Source: Nitrospirota bacterium
Lineage (GTDB): Bacteria > Nitrospirota > Thermodesulfovibrionia > Thermodesulfovibrionales > UBA6898
Length of the DNA stretch: 24,000 nucleotides
Assembly (NCBI GenBank): GCA_016217675.1
Contig: JACRHC010000072.1
Coordinates: forward strand, 1,742-25,741
Reading direction: 5' to 3'
Shown piece by piece: positions 1 through 9,089 of the stretch (position 1 is the stretch's first letter; every line of letters starts with the position of its first letter). The translations under genes and the position numbers were made by a program. The notes beneath the pieces were generated by a model that searched no databases, had not been told where the DNA came from, and was given only the letters and a program-made list of their open reading frames with translations.

Positions 1-1357
1 TTCCCATGGAATTGAGCTTGCGGCGGAGGGTGCTGTAATCGATTCCAAGTATTCTGGCAGCCTTGCTCTTATTGCCGCCCACGGACTTTAAGACATCCGC
101 AATATGAAGCCGTTCAAGATCAAAAAGTGTAAGATTTTTGGGATATGCTGCAGCGCTCTCCGGCAGTGCTTCGCTTTCAGTTTTGATCTCATCAGGCAGG
201 TACTCCGTGCTGATGAAATCATCATCAGTCATCGTAATAGCCCTTTCAATAACATTCTCAAGCTCTCTCACATTTCCTTCCCATTTATATCGTTTTAGTA
301 GCTCTTCAGCATCTTTGTTTATGCCTGAGATATTCCTCTCCATTTTGGAAGAGAATTTCCTGATAAAATGTCTGATGAGAAGCGGGATGTCTTCTTTTCT
401 TTCCCTCAAGGGCGGGATCTCGATGGGGATGACATTCAACCGGTAATAAAGGTCTTTTCTGAAGGCTCCCCTGTCCACAGCATCTTTAAGATATTCATTC
501 GTAGCTGCAATAACCCTGACTTCAACACCTATAGTCTCTTTACCCCCGAGTCGCATAAAGGTTCTCTCCTGCAAAAACCTGAGCAGCTTTACCTGCATCA
601 TCGGGCTTATGCTGCTGACCTCATCGAGAAATACCGTACCTCCGTCAGCTGCCTCAAACAGGCCTGTCTTTCTGTTTACTGCACCAGTGAATGCACCCTT
701 TTCGTAACCGAACAACTCGGACTCCAGAAGATCATCAGGCAGTGCGCCACAATTGATGGCTATGAAGGGCCTCTGTGCCCTTTTGCTGCCATAATGGATT
801 GCTCGTGCAACAAGCTCCTTGCCTGCACCGCTTTCTCCTATGATCAGGACCGTTCCGTCCGTGTCCTTGACCTTTTCGATCATGCTGAATACCTGGCGCA
901 TAGCAAGGCTTGAGCCTATGATCTCGCCTGAGCCCGGCAATCCTTCCAGCTGTCTCTTCAGGCCTATGTTTTCGAGCTTCAGACTTCGTGTTTCAGCAGC
1001 CCGCCTGACAACAATCGCTATATGCTCGGGGTCAAAGGGCTTCGGAATAAAATCATACGCACCTGATCGTATGGCTTTGACAGCAGATTCGACAGATGAA
1101 TAGGCCGTGATCACGATTACGAATATATTTCTGTCAACCTTGTGCGCCTCCTCGATCACCCGGAAGCCGTCAATGTCCGGCAGCATGAGGTCGGTTATTA
1201 CAATATCGACAGGCTCACCGCTGCCAAGTCTTTCTATTGCAGCAGAAGCATTACTGAAGGTCTCAACAACGCAGCTCTCCGGTTCAAGAGACCTCCTGAT
1301 TATCTTCAGCATGGTCTCTTCGTCATCTATGGCTACTACATTAAGCGGCCTATCCAT
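1..1357 (-). CDS. NtrC-family sigma-54-dependent response regulator (REC-AAA+-HTH), C-terminus truncated at window edge
   Basis: Minus-strand frame open from ATG at 1355-1357 to the window edge, so absent from the ORF track. Translates to [16 protein letters not shown]..., [14 protein letters not shown]-like receiver, [61 protein letters not shown], and the C-terminal HTH [27 protein letters not shown]. Start overlaps the stop of the upstream kinase. Confidence 0.93.
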   Translation of the reverse strand, partial: [452 protein letters not shown]

Positions 1358-3080
1358 TTTCTTCTCCCATGGGAAGCCTGATCCTGAAGGTGCTTCCCTG
1401 TTCTTTTCCGCTCTCTGCAAAGATCTCGCCTCCGTGGTTCTGAACTATGCCGTAACTTATTGCAAGTCCAAGGCCAGTGCCTTCACCCACTGCCTTTGTC
1501 GTAAAGAAAGGATAGAATATTTTGTCTTTGATCTCATCGGCAATTCCGATGCCGTTATCCGATATCGATATCTCGGCCATATTGTCGCTTGAGACGGAGG
1601 TCCTGATTATTATGTTTCCTGACGATTCGATGGACTGAATCGCATTAAATAGGATATTGCTCAGAACCTGGCTCAACTGGAGGGGATCAACACGGATATC
1701 CTGAAGTCCTGGATCAATCTCCCTGATGATCTCGATTTGTTTTGAGTTGGCCTGATTCATTACAGTTTTAATTGCACCGTCAATAAGAAAGGTCAGCGAT
1801 GTCATCTCTTTCTTCGGGGGGGACTGCCGGGAATATACAAGTAGATCCTTGATTATGTTTGCGCACCTGCCTGAATCCTTGATGATTGATTCAAGGTCCT
1901 CCCGCGCAGCAGTGTCTTCGGTATTTTTCAGTCTGAGCTTGGCAATGCCGATCACATTGCCTATGGGGTTATTAATCTCATGTGCAATGCCTGCGGCAAA
2001 CTTGCCTATGGCTGCAAGACGTTCTGACTGGTAAAGGCGCTCCTCCATGCTCCTCATTTTTTCGAGGTTCGCAGCCATTCTGTTAAACCCCTCTGAAAGC
2101 TCTCCGATCTCATCCTTTGATACAACCACGATCCTGTGGCCGAACTCGCCCTTCCCGATTCTTTCAGCCCCTTCTCTGAGCTTCACCACTGGCCGCAGCA
2201 CTCTGTTGAGGACAAGAAACAGAACAAAGACCGAACCGGCGGATATAGTCAGAATAAAAATCAGAAGAGTCAGATGCGTTTTCGCAATTATCCCCGGCAG
2301 TCTGTCTTCCTGAATGATCATAACGTTTCCGATTGCTGCATTGGTCATATCAGTGAGCGGGAACTTTATAAGCAGCCTGCCGGACAGGTCTTTCTCTGAA
2401 AGAGTCTTGCGATCCGTTTTCCCCTGAGCCTGCAGTGTAGAAGATATGACACTGCCTGTGGAATCGACAATAACAAGATCGGTGTTGCTCAACTGTTTTA
2501 TCTTGGCCAGCAGGGTGTCATCAAGCAGTATACCGGCAGTGATCGTGCCTATAAGTTGATTCTCATTGTAAAGGATCGGCGCAGATGCCTTAATAATGAA
2601 CCCCTGCTTCGCAAGCACAATGCCGGACATCACCTTGCCCTGAAGGACACTTTTTATGAGGGGGTCCTGTGATCTGTCGTCGCTATATCGCTCAGGCGCT
2701 TCGGCAACAGCAACGACGCGGCCCCGAATATCGCCGATCTCTATAGTGCTGACATCAAACGACTTGAACAAACGGGTTATAGCTCTCAACGGGTGTTCGC
2801 GTTCACCGGAAAGCTCGGTGTGATAAAAGAGGCTGTCCTTTATCTCTCTGTCATTGCTGAAAAGCTTTGTGTAATTTGTGACCTTGCTTTGGTAGTCGTC
2901 AAAGAGTTTTGTTACGAGATTCTTCACGCTCTCCAGATTGGTCTGCTGCTGTTTGAGAAGGGCGTCTCTGACAACATAAGAAACGACGGGAAGAATTGTG
3001 ACTGTGACGAGCAGGATGGTAACAACAATGATCGAGATGATCTTATATCTGATCGAAAGTCTATTCCATAGATTCTTCAT
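1350..3080 (-). CDS. Membrane sensor histidine kinase (periplasmic sensor region, HAMP, HisKA, HATPase)
   Basis: ORF of 576 aa: N-terminal TM, HAMP-like VLRPVVKLREGAERIGKGEFGHRI, H-box AGIAHEINNPIGN, N/G boxes ISDNGIGIADEIKDKIFYPFFTTKAVGEGTGLGLAI. Confidence 0.93.
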   Translation of the reverse strand: MKNLWNRLSIRYKIISIIVVTILLVTVTILPVVSYVVRDALLKQQQTNLESVKNLVTKLFDDYQSKVTNYTKLFSNDREIKDSLFYHTELSGEREHPLRAITRLFKSFDVSTIEIGDIRGRVVAVAEAPERYSDDRSQDPLIKSVLQGKVMSGIVLAKQGFIIKASAPILYNENQLIGTITAGILLDDTLLAKIKQLSNTDLVIVDSTGSVISSTLQAQGKTDRKTLSEKDLSGRLLIKFPLTDMTNAAIGNVMIIQEDRLPGIIAKTHLTLLIFILTISAGSVFVLFLVLNRVLRPVVKLREGAERIGKGEFGHRIVVVSKDEIGELSEGFNRMAANLEKMRSMEERLYQSERLAAIGKFAAGIAHEINNPIGNVIGIAKLRLKNTEDTAAREDLESIIKDSGRCANIIKDLLVYSRQSPPKKEMTSLTFLIDGAIKTVMNQANSKQIEIIREIDPGLQDIRVDPLQLSQVLSNILFNAIQSIESSGNIIIRTSVSSDNMAEISISDNGIGIADEIKDKIFYPFFTTKAVGEGTGLGLAISYGIVQNHGGEIFAESGKEQGSTFRIRLPMGEENG

Positions 3081-3088
3081 TCAATCCT

Positions 3089-3928
3089 TTATTTCGCCTT
3101 GGCAAAATTACGTCTGATGATGGCCTGCCCCTCTTCGCCCAGGACAAAATCCATAAATTTCTTTGTGAGCCCATCCGGCTGGCCCTTCGTTATGATATAA
3201 AGGTCGCCTTTCAGGGGATATAAGCCTTTCTCGGTATTTTCAGGAGTGGCAGCGATCTTGTCCACGCTCACTATCTTCACCTTTGCCTCTTGTGCGAAGA
3301 CCCTTGGAGCGATACCTATTGCACCAGGAAACTTTTCCACATATTCGACAACCTCTTTATCTGTTTTTACGACAATCGCTTTTTTCGCAACAGGTCCATT
3401 TATACCAAGGACCTTACGTACCGGCTCCTCCATATCCCTGCAGTGATCCCTGAAGACCAGGGCAATCGGCTTGTCCTGTCCTCCGACCTGCTTCCAGTTG
3501 GTGATCTTACCATTATGAATATCTGATACCTGCTTCAGGGTAAGGTTGCCCAGAGGATTCTTTGAGTGCAGCATGACCGCCTTGATATCAACTGCAACCT
3601 TATGCTGAACCAGATTAAGTTTCCTGGCCTTCTCAGGCGCCAGAGGGCAGCAAAGACCGCCCATCTCATGCTCGCCTTTCACGACAACAGCAATCCCGTC
3701 TGCACACCCGCCGCCTTTCACGAAGACCTTCAAGCCATACTTTTTCTCAAATGCTCTTGCCAGGTCTTCAAGTGCACCGTGGGTGAGGATATGAGTACCC
3801 TGATAGCCTATGTCTGACGATGGGGATGAAATGCCGGCTGAAGGAAAGATGCTGACTATGCAAGCCAGTGTCAATATTAATAAGAGTCTCATTGTTTGTA
3901 TTATAAAAACTGCCGGCAATATTTGCAT
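3089..3928 (-). CDS. PstS-like periplasmic substrate-binding protein (phosphate/molybdate-type ABC binding fold)
   Basis: ORF of 279 aa with signal peptide, VKGGGCADGIAVVVKGEHEMGG, ITNWKQVGG, KGDLYIITKGQ. Directly upstream of the kinase gene. Confidence 0.8.
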   Translation of the reverse strand: MQILPAVFIIQTMRLLLILTLACIVSIFPSAGISSPSSDIGYQGTHILTHGALEDLARAFEKKYGLKVFVKGGGCADGIAVVVKGEHEMGGLCCPLAPEKARKLNLVQHKVAVDIKAVMLHSKNPLGNLTLKQVSDIHNGKITNWKQVGGQDKPIALVFRDHCRDMEEPVRKVLGINGPVAKKAIVVKTDKEVVEYVEKFPGAIGIAPRVFAQEAKVKIVSVDKIAATPENTEKGLYPLKGDLYIITKGQPDGLTKKFMDFVLGEEGQAIIRRNFAKAK

Positions 3929-4028
3929 GTAATCTTTTCATAGCAAGATGAAAAGTGCTTCACTAAACCGGCTTTCCTATCAGCGCTCTGGCTATCGTGT
4001 ATTCATGCAGCGCTTATATCCTGCCAAA

Positions 4029-4068
4029 CAATAAGCAGGGGAAGGCAAACACCTTCTCCTGCTTATTG
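4029..4068. terminator. Strong inverted repeat between two operons; possible terminator of the rhodanese transcript
   Basis: CAATAAGCAGGGGAAGG-CAAACA-CCTTCTCCTGCTTATTG: 17-bp stem (one G/T mismatch), 6-nt loop. No long U-tract, so assignment as an intrinsic terminator is tentative. Confidence 0.5.
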
Positions 4069-4160
4069 TCACGGCCGACTGATCACATTATGTGCGCTAT
4101 TTTCGTTCTAACTGAAATTCGCATCGGCAAATCGATACGACAAACATTGCTTTAACTATC

Positions 4161-5591
4161 TCAAACTCCCTCCTTGCCTTTATTTCCACCAGTCAACACA
4201 CTCTGTCGTCCCTTCTGGTAAGCCCCTTCCTGCAGCACACCCTTGCTGAAATCTTTTATGTGGCCGTCTACCCACCGAACGTCCTTAAAGCCGTTGTCCA
4301 TGAGTTGCCTGTACACCATCAGCGCCCGGTTGCCGGCCTCGCACTGCAAGACTATTTTCTTGTCTCTGGGCAGTTCAATCCAGCGTCTGTTCATTGTTTC
4401 GATAGGGATCGTCAATGCCCCAGGTACCATGCTCTTCATGTATTCAACAGGACTTCTGACATCCACAATGATGGTATTCTCAGGCTTATTGGCGATCAAT
4501 TTCTCATATTCATCGATATACATGGCGCCGGGCAGTGGAGTCTTCTTGTAGGCAATTTTAGTCTGCAGCTTATTGTTCTCCAGAGGGTATCCTTTTGCCT
4601 TCCATGTATCTATGCCGCCGTTCAGAATATATCCGTCTTCCCATCCGTTAATGCGCATTATTTTATGCGCCTGAAGAGCCTCCTCAGGGTTGTCTGAATA
4701 GTAGATTATTCTCGCCTTCTTGTCTGAGGGCAGGGCCTTATTCAGTTCCTTCATTGCTGTTAGCGGATCTTTGCCCAGTGGATAATTGACCGCGCCTCTG
4801 ATATGCGCTTGACGCGCCTTCTCAGGACTTCTCAGATCAACCAAAATATGGGATATGCCCTCGTCAAGCGCCATCTTCAGGAATTCAGGTTCCGTGTAGT
4901 AGGGGTTTATGTCTGCCTGCCATATCATATGACCTGAAACCATGTACTTTACGTTTTTGTAGCCGTACACTTCCTTTGCCAACCTGGCAAAGTGGGGGCT
5001 CATGCCTCAAGAGGCTCCCCGGCAGTAGGCCACTATCAGGGTATTTTTGTCCGCAGGCATGCGGTCCTTGAATGCCTGGAACTGGTAGTGGGGCATCAGT
5101 ACAGCGCCGGGCAGATGTCCTTCAATAAAGTTGTCATATCCCCGGGAATCGAAGATGACATAGTTCGCAACCTTGGGGTCTTTCTTCAGAAGCTCGACCA
5201 CTTCGCTGACGGAGATGACATCGTCAGGATTTTTGAAACCGTAGTTTGACTTGTAACTTAATTCCTCGGCGTAAACCTGACCGTTGTCTTCAGTCCTGAA
5301 CCTGACCTTGACCGCTTTTTCATCAGGCAGATCCTTGACTGTTGCAACCTTGTTCAGCTTCGAATTCTTGTCATAGCGCACAGACCAGATGTCTTTTCCA
5401 GCCTGAACCTGAAATGAATCGTTTTTTTGAGAGCCCGGGACAAGAGTCCCCCTGATGGTCTGACTTTCATTCTTGTGGCACTCGGCACAAATAGCGCTGA
5501 TGCGCTCCTTGCCGTTGTCAGCTGATGCGGTCCCGGCAGCAATTAGCATTACTGCTGTCAGCAGACTTGTGAATAATCTTTTTCTTTTCAT
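4161..5591 (-). CDS. Secreted CxxCH-containing multi-rhodanese-domain protein, probable selenoprotein (Sec encoded by in-frame TGA at 5007-5009)
   Basis: ORFs 5007..5675 and 4161..5003 are in the same frame, separated only by TGA GGC. Read-through gives ...IVAYCRGAS-U-GMSPHFARLAKEVYGYKNVKYMVSGHMIW..., a continuous rhodanese domain. Start at 5591 (MKRKRLFTSLLTAVMLIAAGTASADN) is preceded by AAGGAG. CAECH at residues 35-39. 476 aa with Sec195. Confidence 0.88.
4974..4992 (-). promoter_or_regulatory. Candidate bacterial SECIS hairpin for the rhodanese-family selenoprotein
   Basis: Minus-strand RNA CUUUGCC-AGGUU-GGCAAAG: perfect 7-bp stem, 5-nt loop with G at position 2 and GGU. Starts 14 nt 3' of the UGA, so the loop begins 21 nt downstream. 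Confidence 0.78.
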
Positions 5592-5614
5592 GCACTGTCT
5601 CCTTTCTTGGTTTA

Positions 5615-5851
5615 TTATTTCTTCTCTGTATACCAGACCTGGTCTTCTGCAGGCAGTGAAAGCAGGGTTGCCCATTCGAGCCAGGAGCCGTCATAGACCT
5701 TGTTAGCCTTTTCAGGGACTTCAACGATGCGGATACTCTTGTTGTCGAGGTTTTTCTTGAGCCAGTCTGCGTCCACAAGAGATATTGCCCAGCCTGCAGA
5801 AGCCCAGAGTAAGACGACGAGACAGCTGATCCAGAATGTTTTTTGTTTCAT
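5615..5851 (-). CDS. Small secreted rhodanese-like ORF lacking the central/catalytic part
   Basis: 78 aa. Signal peptide MKQKTFWISCLVVLLWASAGWA, then a rhodanese N-terminal segment (VDADWLKKNLDNKSIRIVEV) joined directly to a segment typical of the rhodanese domain end (VYDGSWLEWATLLSLPAE). Preceded by AGGAGG. Confidence 0.6.
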   Translation of the reverse strand: MKQKTFWISCLVVLLWASAGWAISLVDADWLKKNLDNKSIRIVEVPEKANKVYDGSWLEWATLLSLPAEDQVWYTEKK

Positions 5852-5877
5852 ATGCGCCTCCTTTTGGGAGGAGTTAT

Positions 5878-5893
5878 TTCAAGAGTCGTGCCA
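5878..5893 (-). promoter_or_regulatory. Candidate sigma-54 (RpoN) promoter
   Basis: Minus strand TGGCACG-ACTC-TTGAA against the -24/-12 consensus TGGCACG-N4-TTGCW; one mismatch in the -12 element. Lies 27 nt upstream of the 5851 start codon. Confidence 0.72.
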
Positions 5894-5981
5894 GTGAGGT
5901 AGCGCAAAGAAATTGGCGCAAATTCAAGTCGTTAGTAGAAAATAGAGGCGGCTTGTGAGACTGTTGGTGAGAGTCAGGAAC

Positions 5982-6012
5982 TGCAAAATGCAATGACACT
6001 GCAAAATGCAAG
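5982..6012. promoter_or_regulatory. Candidate NtrC-type upstream activator sites (13-bp direct repeat)
   Basis: CTGCAAAATGCAA at 5982-5994 and 6000-6012, spaced 18 bp, each containing dyad TGCA-AAA-TGCA. About 90-130 bp upstream of the sigma-54 candidate. Confidence 0.5.
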
Positions 6013-6032
6013 GTAACAAAGAAAGAGACGGA

Positions 6033-7436
6033 CTATTCCAGATCGTACTTCTTCAGTTTTCTCCAGAGTGTGGTGACATCAATGCCCAGAGCCTCAGCTG
6101 CCCTGTTTTTTTGTCCATCAAGAAGCCTCAGGGTTCTCTGGATAAGAAATTTCTCCATTTCATCGATCGTCATAAGCCCTATATGAGAAAGGGGATCATG
6201 AAGCTCCTTTTCCATATCAGGAGGAAGTGAATGGACAGTGATCATTGCTGACTGCTCCATAATCACCGCCCTTTCTACTGCGTTTTCAAGCTCCCTGACA
6301 TTGCCGGGCCACGGGTAGGCATTGAATACCTCTAATACTTCAGTAGCGAATGCCCGGATTTCCTTGGTGAATTTCTTTCCGTATTTATTCAGAAAGTGAT
6401 ACGCAAGCAGCGGGATGTCATCTTTTCGGTCTCTGAGTGACGGGATGGCCAGCACAACCACATTCAGCCGGTAGAAGAGGTCTTTTCTGAACCTGCTGTC
6501 AGCCACTTCTTTCTGAAGATCGGCATTAGAGGCTGCTACTATCCTGACATTTACCGGTATGGGCCTCGCAGCGCCGACCCTCATGATAGTCTGCTCCTGA
6601 AGCACACGCAGGAGCTTTACCTGCATTGCAGGCGACGTTGCATTGATCTCATCGAGAAAGATCGTACCCTTGCTTGCTGTTTCGAAAAGCCCCTTCTTTT
6701 CAGCAACCGCACCGGTAAAGGCGCCCTTTTCGTGGCCGAAAAGTTCTGACTCAAGGAGTGTTTCCGAAAGGGCTCCGCAATTTACAGGCAGAAACAGATT
6801 GCCGGATCTTGAGCTCTGCCTGTGGATCAGCCGTGCGATCAGCTCCTTGCCTGTGCCTGTTTCCCCCTGTATCAGGATGGTCGTGTCAAGTGGTGCGACC
6901 TTGTCGATAAGCTGCCTGACCGACATCATGCCCTGGCTCGAACCGATGATATCATCCTCCTGATAGCTTCTGACCTCTGCTGACAACCTTCTGTTTTCGT
7001 CCAGCAGATCATGGTGCTCAAGAGCCCTCTTTACCAGGAGCAGGAGATGGTCCGGATCAAAGGGCTTCTGAATATAGTCGTACGCCCCCTTTCTGATGGC
7101 CTCTATTGCAGACTCTACTGTGCCATGGGCTGTGACCATGACCACCAGTGCTTCAGGGTTTATATCTTTTGCATAGGCAAGTACTTCGAGGCCGCTTACA
7201 TGGGGCATTTTGAGGTCTGTGATAACAATATCAAAGGCCCTCTCTTTCAGCATCATAAGGGCCTCTCTTCCGTCACCCGTTGAATAGACAGTAAATCCCT
7301 CTGTCCTGAGCAGTTCTTCTATCAGTTGCCGCATTCTCAGGTCGTCGTCAACAACGAGTATCTCAGCCATGGTTCTCCTTTTCTGATGGCAGCCTGACAA
7401 TGAATGTTGCTCCTTCCCCAATCCGGCTCTCAACAT
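6033..7436 (-). CDS. NtrC-family sigma-54-dependent response regulator
   Basis: 467-aa ORF: receiver [16 protein letters not shown]...[12 protein letters not shown], AAA+ [21 protein letters not shown], C-terminal HTH [24 protein letters not shown]. The true start is probably at [10 protein letters not shown] (about 7370) rather than the ORF-track start. Confidence 0.93.
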   Translation of the reverse strand: [467 protein letters not shown]

Positions 7437-9084
7437 TAATTGTTCCGTTATGGTCCCTTATGATACCGAGACAGATCGAAAGGCCGAGGCCTGTGCCCTT
7501 GCCGACCGGCTTTGTAGTGTAAAAAGGGTCGAATATTTTACACTGCAACTCTTCTGTGATGCCCGGCCCGGTATCTTTCACCCTGATCTCCACATTTCCG
7601 GATGCAGTCTGCCCGGTTGTGACTCTCACTGCCCCGGAGGTATCTATCGCCTGCATCGCATTTAAAACAAGATTAAAGATGACCTGCTCGATCTGGCGCG
7701 GATCAGCCTGTATATACGGGATATCTGCAAGCTCCTGTTCAATGCCGATCCCGCTCTTTTGAGCCTGAGGGGAAAGGAGCCGGACCACATTTTCAATTAT
7801 GGCATTAAGAGATACTGATTCCCTTATTGAGATAGACTGGCGTGAAAAGTCGAGCAGACCCTGAACGACAGAGCTGCCCTTTCTGGCCTGCTCCGCAATT
7901 ATCTCAAGTTTTTCTCTCTGGACGTTACTGAGGGAGTTGTCTTTCAGCAGAAGTCTTGCATAGCCTAACACGTTGCCGAGCGGGTTGTTTATCTCATGGG
8001 CAAGGCCTGCAGACATCTGTCCGATCGCAGCAAGTTTCTCTGCCTGACAGAGCATACCCTGCTGTTGTTTATCATCAGTAATGTCCCTGAAGGTCTGAAC
8101 TCCGCCCAGGGTGCGGCCGTCGCTGTCCCGGATAATGGCGGAGCTTACTGACACGATCCTGCGTCTGCCGTCCTTTGTGATGATCTCTGTCTCCTTGTTC
8201 CTGATCGTCTTGTCCTCATTATGCAGGGCGCAGGCATCGGCGCATAGCCTTGTTTTAAAAACTTCTTCGCAATGCATTCCGAGGACCTCCTGCTCCTTAT
8301 AGCCTGAGATGTACTCGGCAGAGTTGTTGAAGGAGACGATAAGCCCGTCGCTGTTGCTCACAAAAAGACCGTCAGCCAGACTCTGGACAATGGTCTCAAG
8401 CTTGATCTTCTCTGTCTGTATATCTTTCCGGCCTTTCATAAGGTCATTAAAATTCGCATCAAGGGAGGCAGCCATATCATTAAAGGCCGCAGCCAATTCT
8501 TCGAACTCATTTCCTGCATCAAGAATAATACGGTCCTTCAGATTCCCCTCTTTTATTGTCCTTGTGCCTCCGATAAGCGCGGTAATAGGGCATATGAGCA
8601 GGGAGTTGACAATGGCATTGTTTAGCACAAGACCTATAATATGTACGGCAAGAATAAAGACAACCGCTGATATGATGATATTCCGCGAAAGCGCGTTGAC
8701 CCTTGTCATGGCAAAGGATACTTCAACCTTGCCGAGTCCGGACCCGCCTATCTCGATAGGGTAGCTCACCTTCATGGCATCCGGCCCTTCTTTGCCTTCT
8801 TTTGCCTCCGCCAGTACCTCTCCGTCGTCACGCACGATCCTGAGAGAGACAATATCCTTTTCCTCTGCAACCTGCCGGACATAACGCTCCATGGTGCCAT
8901 AGTCATGAGTGAGCATGGCATCCATCGTTACGGTTGAAAGCACCCGTGCTATTGATTCACCCTTGTCCTTCATATCCTCAAGAAGGACCTCACGTCCTTT
9001 ATATATTATGACCGAGATCAGGACCAGGGCAGATATTGTCAGGATCACGCTCAGCCGTTTATAAAAGTCGCTCTTCAGGCTCAT
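7363..9084 (-). CDS. Membrane sensor histidine kinase (HAMP, PAS, HisKA, HATPase)
   Basis: 573 aa: TM segments, PAS region, [58 protein letters not shown]. Confidence 0.93.
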   Translation of the reverse strand: MSLKSDFYKRLSVILTISALVLISVIIYKGREVLLEDMKDKGESIARVLSTVTMDAMLTHDYGTMERYVRQVAEEKDIVSLRIVRDDGEVLAEAKEGKEGPDAMKVSYPIEIGGSGLGKVEVSFAMTRVNALSRNIIISAVVFILAVHIIGLVLNNAIVNSLLICPITALIGGTRTIKEGNLKDRIILDAGNEFEELAAAFNDMAASLDANFNDLMKGRKDIQTEKIKLETIVQSLADGLFVSNSDGLIVSFNNSAEYISGYKEQEVLGMHCEEVFKTRLCADACALHNEDKTIRNKETEIITKDGRRRIVSVSSAIIRDSDGRTLGGVQTFRDITDDKQQQGMLCQAEKLAAIGQMSAGLAHEINNPLGNVLGYARLLLKDNSLSNVQREKLEIIAEQARKGSSVVQGLLDFSRQSISIRESVSLNAIIENVVRLLSPQAQKSGIGIEQELADIPYIQADPRQIEQVIFNLVLNAMQAIDTSGAVRVTTGQTASGNVEIRVKDTGPGITEELQCKIFDPFYTTKPVGKGTGLGLSICLGIIRDHNGTINVESRIGEGATFIVRLPSEKENHG

Positions 9085-9089
9085 GCTGC

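Noticed and set aside
138-1592. Plus-strand ORFs (138..446, 368..913, 819..1103, 1107..1592)
   Set aside because: Antisense to the NtrC-family regulator, which is continuously open on the minus strand with all expected motifs.
4161-5003. Stand-alone CDS starting at ATG 5003
   Set aside because: The ATG lies only 3 nt after the in-frame TGA, inside a conserved rhodanese active-site segment. I see no signal peptide for what would be a periplasmic domain. It is better explained as the 3' part of a selenoprotein gene.
5982-6012. Short regularly spaced repeats as a CRISPR
   Set aside because: Only two 13-bp copies with a 5-nt spacer and no cas genes in the window. Regulatory site is the better explanation.
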